64,000 nucleotides of DNA, from positions 174-64,173 of the forward strand of contig JAZURO010000233.1 in the NCBI GenBank assembly GCA_045606265.1, in the 5' to 3' direction. This document shows, one piece after another, positions 36,408 to 45,577 of this stretch (position 1 is its first letter; each line of letters begins with the position of its first letter). The translations under genes were made by a program, and so were the position numbers. Origin of the DNA: Eubacteriales bacterium (GTDB taxonomy: Bacteria > Bacillota > Clostridia > Oscillospirales > CAG-272). The notes below the pieces were generated by a model, which had not been told where the DNA came from, did no database searches, and was given only the letters and a program-made list of their open reading frames with translations.

Positions 36408-36436
36408 TTGAAAAATAACAAAAACTGTTGTATAAT
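36408..36436 (+). promoter_or_regulatory. Sigma-A-type promoter
   Basis: TTGAAA, 17 nt, TATAAT. Confidence 0.65.
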
Positions 36437-36487
36437 ATAGTACAGTATGTACAAAAACTTTTAATCTAAAAATTGAGAGGTTTAATT

Positions 36488-37573
36488 ATGTCTAACAGAT
36501 TATTTCAGGGTGTAGTTCACCAGATGAAGGATGCAGTTGATCGTGTGATCGGCGTTGTTGATGAAAATGGCGTTGTGGTTGCTTGCTCAGAGCTTACTAA
36601 AATCGGTGAAGTAGTTCCTGGTGTTGCAGAAGAAGTATCTTATTCTGCTAAGATGTTTACTTTGCTTGGTAATACATATTGTCCCATTACATCCGGTACA
36701 AAATCAGAGTATTTTGTATTTGTGGAAGGTGATGACAAAATGGCAGAAAAGGTTGCCAAAATACTTGTTGTTTCTTTTGCGAATATCAAAAACCTTTATG
36801 ATGAAAAATATGATAAGGGCTCATTCATTAAGAATATAATTCTTGATAATATTCTTCCCAGTGACATATATATTAAGAGCAAGGAGCTTCATTTCAATAC
36901 AGAAGAGGTTAGAATTGTATTTCTTATCAAGTTCTACGGCAGAACAGATATGATGCCTTTTGAAATGCTTCAAAATATGTTTCCGGATAAATCTAAGGAT
37001 TATATCATTAGTGTTGGCGAACAGGATGTTGTTCTTGTAAAGGACATCAAGCCCGGTACTGAAGCCCGTGATATTGAGAAAATGGCAAATTCAATTGTTA
37101 ATACTCTTAACAATGATTATTATGCAAAGGTTTCAATCGGTGTATCTACCATTGTCGATAACATCAAGGATTTGGCAAGAGCATATAAGGAAGCTCAGGT
37201 TGCACTTGATGTTGGAAAAGTATTTGAAACCGAAAAGAACATTATCAGCTATGAAAATCTTGGTATAGGAAGACTTATTTATCAGCTTCCTACTACAATG
37301 TGTGAAATGTTCCTTCAAGAAGTATTCAAAAAAGGAAGTCTTGATTCTCTCGATAGAGAAACTCTTATGACAATTCAGTGTTTCTTTGAAAATAATCTTA
37401 ACGTATCCGAGACATCAAGAAAGCTTTTCGTACACAGAAATACACTTGTTTACAGACTTGAAAAGATCAGAAAGCTCACAGGTCTTGATCTTCGTGAATT
37501 TGAACACGCAATCACATTCAAGGTTGCACTTATGGTTCAGAAATATCTCAAGTCAATTTCCACAAAATATTGA
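36488..37573 (+). CDS. PucR/CdaR-family transcriptional regulator
   Basis: C-terminal HTH NVSETSRKLFVHRNTLVYRLEKIRKLTGLDL. Start moved to MSNRLFQG (GAGAGG RBS). Confidence 0.8.
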   Translation: MSNRLFQGVVHQMKDAVDRVIGVVDENGVVVACSELTKIGEVVPGVAEEVSYSAKMFTLLGNTYCPITSGTKSEYFVFVEGDDKMAEKVAKILVVSFANIKNLYDEKYDKGSFIKNIILDNILPSDIYIKSKELHFNTEEVRIVFLIKFYGRTDMMPFEMLQNMFPDKSKDYIISVGEQDVVLVKDIKPGTEARDIEKMANSIVNTLNNDYYAKVSIGVSTIVDNIKDLARAYKEAQVALDVGKVFETEKNIISYENLGIGRLIYQLPTTMCEMFLQEVFKKGSLDSLDRETLMTIQCFFENNLNVSETSRKLFVHRNTLVYRLEKIRKLTGLDLREFEHAITFKVALMVQKYLKSISTKY

Positions 37574-37664
37574 TTTGTACTTAAATTTAAGCGAAACGGC
37601 CAAAATCCGTTTCGCTTAGTCTCGTTCATAAACTACTTATAATACTATGGAAATGGAGATATAT

Positions 37665-39065
37665 ATGAAAAAACTATTATCAATATTGGCTATATTTCTT
37701 CTTTTGGCATTGACATTTTCAATTTCATCTTGTATTCCGTTTGTTCAATCGAATACAAATACTACAAGCAGTTCCGTTAATCATAATAACAATATTCAGA
37801 ATCCCGATTCAGAGCAAAAAGATCCAATAGATTATTCAGATACATTCTATCTCATTGACGCACTTTTCAAGAATTTTTCTATTTTTGATGTTGATTATGA
37901 AAAGGCAATGCTTGCTGCAATAAAAGCATACGTTGAAACAACGGGAGATAAATATGCAGTTTACTATACACCGGAAGAATTTGCAGAAATGACCGCAGAA
38001 AACAACGGTGACTTGTACGGTATTGGTGTTCAGGTAATATTCGATTATGAAGAATATTTTATGGAGCTTATTCTTATTATGCCCGACTCACCTGCGCAAG
38101 GCAAGCTTGAAATCGGAGATAAGGTTACTCATATCATCTTGGATGGAGAAAAAATCGCACTTGCCGATATAGTAGCTGAAAACAAAGAAAAAATCAAAAC
38201 ACTTTATCCCAGCTATACGGATGAAGAGATCAATAATGCAGCTTGTTATGAAACATTCGAATATGCTGTATCAAAGCTCAAAGGACCCGAAGGAACATAC
38301 ACTGAGTTTGTTATAGACAGAAACGGACAGACTCAAGATATGAAGATTAAAAGAGCAAAGGTTAAAACAGTTTCTGTAACTGCAAAAAAATCCGTACGTG
38401 ATTCTGAGGTAGGAATAATTCAGATCAGCCAATTTGATCTGACAACTCCCACACAGTTCAAGAGCTGTATGGATTCCTTGATTGCAGACGGCTGCAATAA
38501 ATTTGTGTTTGACGTTAGAAATAATCCCGGTGGAGATCTGGCATCTGTAACAGCAGTTTTAAGTACTTTGTTGCAAAAGGATGATGTGATTGTATCAACC
38601 AAAGACCATCAAGGAAATACAAAGATTACCAAGGTAGGAGTTGTAAATTATTCTTCAAATTCCAACTATTCTACTTGTAGCGTTACTGAAAGAGATATTG
38701 GAAAATACCGCGGTTACGAATTTGTAGTGCTTGCAAATGAAAATTCTGCAAGTGCTGCCGAATTGTTTACAGCTGCTCTTCGTGATCACAAGCTCGCTCA
38801 GATTGTAGGTGTTAAGACTTACGGTAAGGGAAGTGTTCAGAGTATTATAGACCTTTCCTATTACGGTGATGCTTATCACGGAGCTCTTAAACTCACAACT
38901 CAGCTCTATTTCCCGCCCTGTGGTGTTGGTTATGACGGTGGAATAGGTATAACACCCAATTACACGGTTGAGCTTGAGGGCATTGCTGCCGACACACATT
39001 TCTATAAGCTTACAGAAGATATTGATAACCAGCTTCAAAAGGCTGTATCTATTTTGATTGATTAA
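37665..39065 (+). CDS. S41-family C-terminal processing peptidase, lipoprotein
   Basis: Lipobox FSISSC, PDZ-like IGDKVTHI, RNNPGGDL, catalytic-Ser context ENSASAAE, and TYGKGSVQ. Confidence 0.88.
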   Translation: MKKLLSILAIFLLLALTFSISSCIPFVQSNTNTTSSSVNHNNNIQNPDSEQKDPIDYSDTFYLIDALFKNFSIFDVDYEKAMLAAIKAYVETTGDKYAVYYTPEEFAEMTAENNGDLYGIGVQVIFDYEEYFMELILIMPDSPAQGKLEIGDKVTHIILDGEKIALADIVAENKEKIKTLYPSYTDEEINNAACYETFEYAVSKLKGPEGTYTEFVIDRNGQTQDMKIKRAKVKTVSVTAKKSVRDSEVGIIQISQFDLTTPTQFKSCMDSLIADGCNKFVFDVRNNPGGDLASVTAVLSTLLQKDDVIVSTKDHQGNTKITKVGVVNYSSNSNYSTCSVTERDIGKYRGYEFVVLANENSASAAELFTAALRDHKLAQIVGVKTYGKGSVQSIIDLSYYGDAYHGALKLTTQLYFPPCGVGYDGGIGITPNYTVELEGIAADTHFYKLTEDIDNQLQKAVSILID

Positions 39066-39088
39066 TTTATTTGACAGGAGATTTAATT

Positions 39089-39571
39089 ATGGCAAAGGCA
39101 AAACAAATGTTGTACACAAAAGAAGGTTTTGAAGCACTTCAAGCTGAACTTAAAGAGCGTCAGACAGTAAAACGCGAAGAGATCAAAGAAGCTATTGCAA
39201 CCGCACGTTCTTTCGGCGACCTTTCGGAAAACTCCGAATATGATGCAGCGAGAAATGAGCAGGCACAGAACGAAGCAAGAATTCTTGAACTTCAAGCACT
39301 TATTGATAATGCTCTTATCATAGATGAAACAAAAATTGATTCAAGCGTTATAAGTATCGGTTCCACAGTTAAAGTATATGATAATGACTTTGACGAAGAA
39401 ATTGAATATAGCATAGTTGGTTCAAACGAGGTTGATCCTCTCTCCGGAAAAATCTCTGACCAATCTCCCATTGGTCACGCACTTATGGGTAAGAGTGCAG
39501 GCGCTGAGGTTGTTGTAGAAGTACCTTCCGGCACAATTTCTATGAAAATCCTTAAAGTAACAAGAAAATAA
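39089..39571 (+). CDS. greA: Transcription elongation factor GreA
   Basis: GDLSENSEYDAARNEQ; 160 aa. Start moved to the ATG with a GGAGA RBS. Confidence 0.95.
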   Translation: MAKAKQMLYTKEGFEALQAELKERQTVKREEIKEAIATARSFGDLSENSEYDAARNEQAQNEARILELQALIDNALIIDETKIDSSVISIGSTVKVYDNDFDEEIEYSIVGSNEVDPLSGKISDQSPIGHALMGKSAGAEVVVEVPSGTISMKILKVTRK

Positions 39572-39591
39572 TCCTTTATTGGGAGGTTAAA

Positions 39592-41106
39592 ATGTCAGAA
39601 CTTAATAACATCAATGAAGAAATTGTTTCTCTTGACGAAGAAAGAGAGCTTAATTCAATACTTCAAATAAGAAGGGATAAACTTGCTGCACTTAAAGAAG
39701 CCGGAAACGATCCCTTTGAAAAGGTAAAGTATGATTTTGATACTTACAGTATTGATATAAAGAACAATTTTGATGAATACAATGAAAAAGATGTAAAAAT
39801 TGCAGGCCGTATTATGAGTCGCAGAGATATGGGAAAAGCCAACTTTATCGACGTTATGGACGGCAAGGGAAGAATTCAATGCTACATTCGTATAAACGAT
39901 ATAGGCGAAGAAGCATTTGAACAGTATAAAAAGTGGGATATCGGTGATATTGTCGGTGTCAGCGGAAAGGTATTTCTTACAAGACGAGGAGAGATTTCCG
40001 TTCACGTATATTCTATTGAGCTTCTTGCAAAGAGTTTGCTTCCTCTTCCTGAAAAATTCCACGGATTGAGAGATACCGACCTCAGATACAGACAAAGATA
40101 CGTTGATCTTATTATGAATCCCGAGGTTAAGGATACATTTGTAAAGAGAAGTCTTATACTTAAATATATCAGAGAGTATCTTGACGGTAAGGGCTTCCTT
40201 GAAGTAGATACGCCAATTCTTGTTCCTCTTGAAATCGGTGCAAGTGCCCGTCCTTTTAAGACACATCATAATACACTCGATATGGATATGTATCTTCGTA
40301 TAGAAACAGAACTTTATCTCAAACGTCTTATTGTTGGCGGTATGGATAAGGTTTACGAGGTTGGACGTATTTTCAGAAATGAAGGTATGGATACAAAGCA
40401 CAATCCTGAGTTCACATCTATTGAGCTTTATCAGGCATTTACGGATTATAAGGGTATGATGGATCTTGTTGAAGAGATGAACAAAATGCTTGCAGAAAAG
40501 GTATGCGGTTCCACTCTCATCACATATCAGGGCAAAGATATTGATATGTCCAAGTGGGAACGTCTTACAATGGTTGAAGCAGTTAAAAAGTATGCGGGTG
40601 TTGACTATTATGATTGGAAATCCGATGAAGATGCAAGAGCTTGCGCTAAGGAGCACCACGTAGAAGTTCCTCAAAATGCAACTAAGGGAACAGTACTTGT
40701 TGAGTTCTTTGATGCATTTGTTGAAGAACATCTTATTCAACCCACGTTTATCTATGATTATCCCGTTGAGAACAGTCCTCTTGCAAAGAGAAAGCCCGAA
40801 GATCCCGCATTTACAGAAAGATTTGAATACTTTATCAACGCAACTGAATTCGGTAATGCGTTTAGCGAACTGAATGATCCAATTGATCAGAGAGAACGTT
40901 TTGAAAAGCAGGTAGCAGCAAAGAAGAAGGATGAGCCCAACTGCAACGCTGAGGTTGATTACGACTACGTAACTGCCCTTGAATACGGTCTTGCTCCCAC
41001 GGGCGGACTTGGATTTGGTGTTGACAGACTTGTTATGCTTCTTACTGATTCAGCATCAATTCGTGACGTACTCTTGTTCCCAACTATGAAACCTTTGGCT
41101 GAATAA
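39592..41106 (+). CDS. lysS: Lysine--tRNA ligase (class II)
   Basis: OB anticodon-binding domain, RIFRNEGMDTKHNPEFTSIELY, and C-terminal GLGFGVDRLVMLL. Confidence 0.97.
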   Translation: MSELNNINEEIVSLDEERELNSILQIRRDKLAALKEAGNDPFEKVKYDFDTYSIDIKNNFDEYNEKDVKIAGRIMSRRDMGKANFIDVMDGKGRIQCYIRINDIGEEAFEQYKKWDIGDIVGVSGKVFLTRRGEISVHVYSIELLAKSLLPLPEKFHGLRDTDLRYRQRYVDLIMNPEVKDTFVKRSLILKYIREYLDGKGFLEVDTPILVPLEIGASARPFKTHHNTLDMDMYLRIETELYLKRLIVGGMDKVYEVGRIFRNEGMDTKHNPEFTSIELYQAFTDYKGMMDLVEEMNKMLAEKVCGSTLITYQGKDIDMSKWERLTMVEAVKKYAGVDYYDWKSDEDARACAKEHHVEVPQNATKGTVLVEFFDAFVEEHLIQPTFIYDYPVENSPLAKRKPEDPAFTERFEYFINATEFGNAFSELNDPIDQRERFEKQVAAKKKDEPNCNAEVDYDYVTALEYGLAPTGGLGFGVDRLVMLLTDSASIRDVLLFPTMKPLAE

Positions 41107-41111
41107 TTTTT

Positions 41112-41143
41112 AAGAGCTTGGAATTTTCCAAGCTCTTTTTTTG
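41112..41143 (+). terminator. Rho-independent terminator
   Basis: AAGAGCTTGGAA-tt-TTCCAAGCTCTT followed by TTTTTT. Confidence 0.9.
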
Positions 41144-41210
41144 TAATATCTATTGAAAAATAAATAAAAAATGGTATAATAATATAGATACACTAAATTT
41201 GGAGAATTTT

Positions 41211-43079
41211 ATGGCAGAATATAAATATCTTGACAGAATTAATTCTCCTGCAGACCTTAAAAAAATGCAGGAGGAAGATATAATTCCTCTTGCTGAGGAA
41301 ATAAGGCATTTTTTAATTGAAAAAGTTGAACAAAACGGAGGTCATCTTGCTTCAAATCTTGGTACTGTTGAGCTTACACTGGCAATTCACCGTGTGTTCG
41401 ATATACCGAGGGATCATCTGATTTTTGACGTTGGACACCAAAGCTATGTTCATAAGATTATAACGGGAAGAAAAGACCGGTTTGATGAGCTTAGACAGGG
41501 CGGTGGGCTTAGTGGCTTTACAAAACGCAACGAAAGTGAGTATGATTGCTTTGGCGCAGGTCACAGTTCTACTTCAATCTCAGCGGGTCTTGGCTTTGCT
41601 CACGCAGATAAATTGCAAGGGAATGATGCCGCAACAATTGTTGTTCTCGGCGATGGAGCATTTACCGGTGGAATGGTGCATGAAGCACTCAATAATTGCG
41701 ACAGAAATCTTAAACTCATTATTATTCTGAATCAAAACGAAATGTCAATATCAAAAAATATTGGCAGCTTTGCAAAGATATTAACCAAGCTCCGTTTAAG
41801 AGAAGGATATGTAAATACTAAAACGGTTACACGAAAAATCATTTCTTCCATACCATTAATTGGTAAACCCATATTTAAGTTTTTAAGAATGATTAAAAAG
41901 AGAATCAAGGATATGTTCTATGGATCAAACTACTTTGAGAATCTTGGCTTGTTTTATATTGGTCCTATCGACGGAAATGATGAAAAACAGGTTGAAAATG
42001 CGTTGAGGTTGGCAAAATCCTGCAATGAGAGTGTTCTTGTGCATATTAATACCGTAAAGGGTAAGGGATATGAACCGGCGGAAAAGGACCCTGGAAAATA
42101 TCACGGCATTTCTCCAAAGAGCGCCAAGGTGCAATATACTAACTTTTCAAATGAATTTGGCAAATATTTAGTAGATTCAGCTGAAAAGGATGATAAGATT
42201 TGTGCCATAACAGCTGCAATGCTTGACGGCACAGGACTTTGCGAATTTGCATCCAAATATCCCGCACGAACGTTCGACGTTGGAATTGCAGAAGAACACG
42301 CATTAACCTTTGCCTGCGGCTTGGCCGCAGAGGGTATGAAACCTTATTTTGCTGTGTATTCTACCTTTTTGCAAAGATCGTACGATCAAATAATACACGA
42401 TATGGCTCTGCAAAATCTACCCGTTAATCTATGTATAGACAGAGCGGGGCTTAATCCGTCGGACGGCGCTACACATCACGGAATTTATGACGTTGCAATG
42501 CTTTCACAGATCCCTAATATTACCCTATATGCTCCTGCAACATACAGTGCATTACATACTGCTATGAAGCTATCCCAAACTCTCAACTCTCCCTGTGCAA
42601 TACGATATAACAAAGGCGAGGAAAAGCAAGAGATTGTGAATGAGTTTTACAGCAACGGTTCCTGCAATTTTGGTATAAAAACAAATTTTGATGATTCGGA
42701 ATCACTTGATGCATTGATAATTACTCACGGATCTATAGCTGTTGAGGCAATCAAAGCAGGCAAAATACTTCAAGACAAGGGAATTAATTTGGGAATTATT
42801 CTGGCTGAAAGAATTATGCCTTATACCGATTTGGTAAAAGATGTAGAATCCGTTTTGCCTCAAAAGAGCATTAAGATAATCACTCTTGAAGAAGAGATCA
42901 AGGCAGGCGGGTTTGGTATGATGCTATTGGATAAGCTTAATAAAAAACAGATTATGGGCAATAAAAAGACTTTGATTATCGCCTTGGAAGATACGTTTGC
43001 TGATAAATATGAGAAAAATATATATAAGTCTTTTGCTCTTGATGCCGAATCAATAGCCGAGCGAATTATTAATATGTAA
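41211..43079 (+). CDS. dxs: 1-deoxy-D-xylulose-5-phosphate synthase
   Basis: GGHLASNLGTVELT, and TPP motif GDGAFTGGM...NQN. Start at the ATG after a GGAG RBS. Confidence 0.96.
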   Translation: MAEYKYLDRINSPADLKKMQEEDIIPLAEEIRHFLIEKVEQNGGHLASNLGTVELTLAIHRVFDIPRDHLIFDVGHQSYVHKIITGRKDRFDELRQGGGLSGFTKRNESEYDCFGAGHSSTSISAGLGFAHADKLQGNDAATIVVLGDGAFTGGMVHEALNNCDRNLKLIIILNQNEMSISKNIGSFAKILTKLRLREGYVNTKTVTRKIISSIPLIGKPIFKFLRMIKKRIKDMFYGSNYFENLGLFYIGPIDGNDEKQVENALRLAKSCNESVLVHINTVKGKGYEPAEKDPGKYHGISPKSAKVQYTNFSNEFGKYLVDSAEKDDKICAITAAMLDGTGLCEFASKYPARTFDVGIAEEHALTFACGLAAEGMKPYFAVYSTFLQRSYDQIIHDMALQNLPVNLCIDRAGLNPSDGATHHGIYDVAMLSQIPNITLYAPATYSALHTAMKLSQTLNSPCAIRYNKGEEKQEIVNEFYSNGSCNFGIKTNFDDSESLDALIITHGSIAVEAIKAGKILQDKGINLGIILAERIMPYTDLVKDVESVLPQKSIKIITLEEEIKAGGFGMMLLDKLNKKQIMGNKKTLIIALEDTFADKYEKNIYKSFALDAESIAERIINM

Positions 43080-43090
43080 AGGAGGGCACT

Positions 43091-43453
43091 ATGAGTTTAT
43101 ACGAATCAGGGGAGATGTACCTTGAAAGCATCTTGGTGCTTTCACGAGAGAATAATACAGTTCGTGCCATAGATCTTTGTGATTATATGGGGTATTCTAA
43201 GCCGAGTGTAAGCCGTGCGCTTGGAATATTAAAGAAGACGGGGCATATATGTGTAGATAAAAACGGACATATTTCTCTCACTGCGGAAGGAAAAAATGTT
43301 GCCGAGAAAATATATGAAAGGCATAAAATTTTAACTGAATTTCTTGTTAAAATAGGAGTAAATGAAGAAATAGCAAGTGATGATGCCTGTAAAATTGAGC
43401 ATCACATCAGTGATGAATCATTTGAAGCAATAAAAAAATTAATGAAGCAATAA
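43091..43453 (+). CDS. DtxR/MntR-family metal-dependent transcriptional repressor (short form)
   Basis: Winged-HTH YSKPSVSRALGILKK plus a dimerisation/metal domain HKILTEFL...ACKIEHHIS. Confidence 0.85.
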   Translation: MSLYESGEMYLESILVLSRENNTVRAIDLCDYMGYSKPSVSRALGILKKTGHICVDKNGHISLTAEGKNVAEKIYERHKILTEFLVKIGVNEEIASDDACKIEHHISDESFEAIKKLMKQ

Positions 43454-43457
43454 AAAA

Positions 43458-43482
43458 TCGCTCGCAATTGCGAGCGAATTTT
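43458..43482. terminator. Bidirectional rho-independent terminator
   Basis: A-run, TCGCTCGCAATTGCGAGCGA, ATTTTT, between convergent genes. Confidence 0.85.
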
Positions 43483-43483
43483 T

Positions 43484-44131
43484 CTATTGAAAAAATGAAT
43501 AATTGATACCGAAGCTAACGGCATATTTTTGAGCATAGGAGTTTTGCTCGCAGTATATTGTAAGTGATTTTGAGCACGAGTCAAAGGCCCCGTATCCTAT
43601 CGTATTTGTGCTTGAAGAGATATATACTGTGCTTAGCGCATAGCAACCGTAAAAAGCGAACCAATCAATTTCTGTACAGCTTGAGGGCAACGTTACACTT
43701 TTGACCTTGGTATCCGCAAAAGCATTTTCACCGATTTTGAGAACGGGTAACTGTTCAATTTTATTTGGTATTTGAACCATTGTGTTTTTGCCGATATATT
43801 TTGTAATCGTAATCCCACCATTTTCCTTTATGTATTCAAATTCCGTGAGCTGAGTGTCATTATCGGGTGTAGTTGAAACACTTGGTTTGCTTGTGGTAAC
43901 TTTATCAGAATTAGAAGTGCTGCTTTGATCGTTTTTGTTTGAGATATTGATGATGGAGTTAATCAATTCTGATTGTTTATTAATTTTGTCCTTCAATACT
44001 TCAATTTCGTTTTGATAATTTGATTTGATTGTTTCTTCAATGGTAGAATTGATTTGTTTTCCTCCGATAAATACTGCTAAAAGTATTACCGCAAGAAATA
44101 AAAAAAGGGAACCCAGTTTGATAGTTTTCAT
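43484..44131 (-). CDS. Membrane-anchored leucine-rich-repeat (BspA-type LRR_5) protein
   Basis: N-terminal TM, coiled-coil region, Ser/Thr linker, then IGENAFADTKVKSVTLPSSCTEIDWFAFYGCYALSTVYISSSTNTIGYGAFDSC. Confidence 0.7.
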   Translation of the reverse strand: MKTIKLGSLFLFLAVILLAVFIGGKQINSTIEETIKSNYQNEIEVLKDKINKQSELINSIINISNKNDQSSTSNSDKVTTSKPSVSTTPDNDTQLTEFEYIKENGGITITKYIGKNTMVQIPNKIEQLPVLKIGENAFADTKVKSVTLPSSCTEIDWFAFYGCYALSTVYISSSTNTIGYGAFDSCSKSLTIYCEQNSYAQKYAVSFGINYSFFQ

Positions 44132-44195
44132 AAAAATTTAACCTCCGTTTTTTTAATAGTTAATAAACTATATGATAATCGGAGGTAAAATATTA

Positions 44196-44936
44196 CTATT
44201 TAATTTCAATATCCTGGGGTTCGGTTTTAATGAATGCTTCAAGACAGGTCTCAGCTGCGGAATTCAGAGTTTTGAAATAAAATGTATCGTTTTCGCAACA
44301 TCTATGTATTTGAATTTCGTCATTGTAAATAGCCCCCTTTGCGAAATACAGCATAAGCTCTTTTACCTTGAATTTCTCGGGATTTGGCAGAAAGTCAATA
44401 AGCATATTCGGGTAATGAGTATTATTCATATGCCTATTGTAATCAATATCGCTGTAAACTATCTTTCTGTTACCGACATATTCAAGCTGAATGTCGGCCG
44501 GATATTTAATCTTTCTTGGCATATCGACCGATAATGATGGTTCATCAACAAAACTATTATCAAATTTTGTGACAGGGAGCAATCTGTGGTTTTGCGTATC
44601 AAGGAGGCACCAAACAGTTAATGCATCTGCAATAACCGTATCACCTTTTTTAACAGCAAAGCTTCTGTAAAACGTAAATCCCCTTGATTCCTCACCCGTC
44701 CAGGTCTCTACCGTAATATCGTCATAGGAATGTGCGGGCTCATAGAATCTCATATAAACCTTAGAAAGAATAAATGCCTGGTGAAGCTCGTCACGGATAT
44801 ATTCTAATGTAGGGTACATAGTTTGTATATGCTTGTTGGTAGTCTCTTGCATTAATGTCAATATTGCAGACGGTGTAATCTCTCTGTTAGCATTAGTATC
44901 GTGCCATCTTATATTATAGTTTTGTACAAATTTCAT
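44196..44936 (-). CDS. Acyl-ACP thioesterase
   Basis: Double hotdog fold layout, N-terminal ...IRWHDTNANREITPSAIL...; 246 aa. Confidence 0.82.
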   Translation of the reverse strand: MKFVQNYNIRWHDTNANREITPSAILTLMQETTNKHIQTMYPTLEYIRDELHQAFILSKVYMRFYEPAHSYDDITVETWTGEESRGFTFYRSFAVKKGDTVIADALTVWCLLDTQNHRLLPVTKFDNSFVDEPSLSVDMPRKIKYPADIQLEYVGNRKIVYSDIDYNRHMNNTHYPNMLIDFLPNPEKFKVKELMLYFAKGAIYNDEIQIHRCCENDTFYFKTLNSAAETCLEAFIKTEPQDIEIK

Positions 44937-45028
44937 AATAGTGTCTCCGTTTTTGGGTTTTCAATTGACTCTATAATTCTACATCATTTCAGATAAAAAA
45001 TCAATAACATTTTGTAAACAAAAATCAA

Positions 45029-45394
45029 TTATTCATTATTTATTATATTTGAACTCAAACCGAAGCTGACAGCAATTGCAGAATTGACCTCATTCATTGT
45101 ACTCTCATCAAGATGCCCCATTTTTTCTTTCAGACGTTGCTTATCAATCGTTCTGATTTGTTCAAGAAGTATTACAGAATCCTTGGCAAGACCAACGCCA
45201 TTTGCGTGAATATCTATATGTGTGGGAAGATGTGTCTTCCCAATTTTTGATGTAATCGCAGCTGCTATTACAGTTGGGCTGTATTTATTTCCCACATCAT
45301 TCTGAACTATCAATACAGGTCTTAGTCCTCCTTGTTCAGAACCGATTACGGGACTTAAATCGGCATAAAAAATATCCCCTCTTTTAACACTCAT
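45029..45394 (-). CDS. mazF: Type II toxin MazF/EndoA (PemK family endoribonuclease)
   Basis: [50 protein letters not shown]...[16 protein letters not shown] is very close to B. subtilis NdoA/EndoA. ATG at 45394 with GGAGG 7 nt upstream. Confidence 0.92.
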   Translation of the reverse strand: MSVKRGDIFYADLSPVIGSEQGGLRPVLIVQNDVGNKYSPTVIAAAITSKIGKTHLPTHIDIHANGVGLAKDSVILLEQIRTIDKQRLKEKMGHLDESTMNEVNSAIAVSFGLSSNIINNE

Positions 45395-45577
45395 CAAACT
45401 ACCTCCAAAGCAGATAAGTTTTCAGTCTTATCCGAATATACAGGTATATTTTTTCCATTCATATATGAGTTTTAATCACATTCACTCAAAAATAAATAGG
45501 AAATTTTTGCACAAATAAAACTGTTCTGATATCAGTATATTATTGTGACAAATTATGTGTTAAAAAGAGGAGATTTG

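Noticed and set aside
39655-40740. 361-aa ORF on the minus strand, among the longest unexplained ORFs in the track
   Set aside because: It lies entirely antisense to lysS, whose product has unmistakable class II LysRS motifs. Its translation is low-complexity (rich in Ile, Lys, Phe, Asn and Cys) with no motifs or RBS. This is the usual open antisense frame of a strongly codon-biased gene.
45394-45462. 22-codon ORF overlapping the mazF start, considered as a mini-antitoxin CDS feature
   Set aside because: It has no Shine-Dalgarno sequence, is far shorter than any known MazE/NdoAI, and has no recognisable fold motif. It is reported only as part of the orphan-toxin finding, not as a gene.
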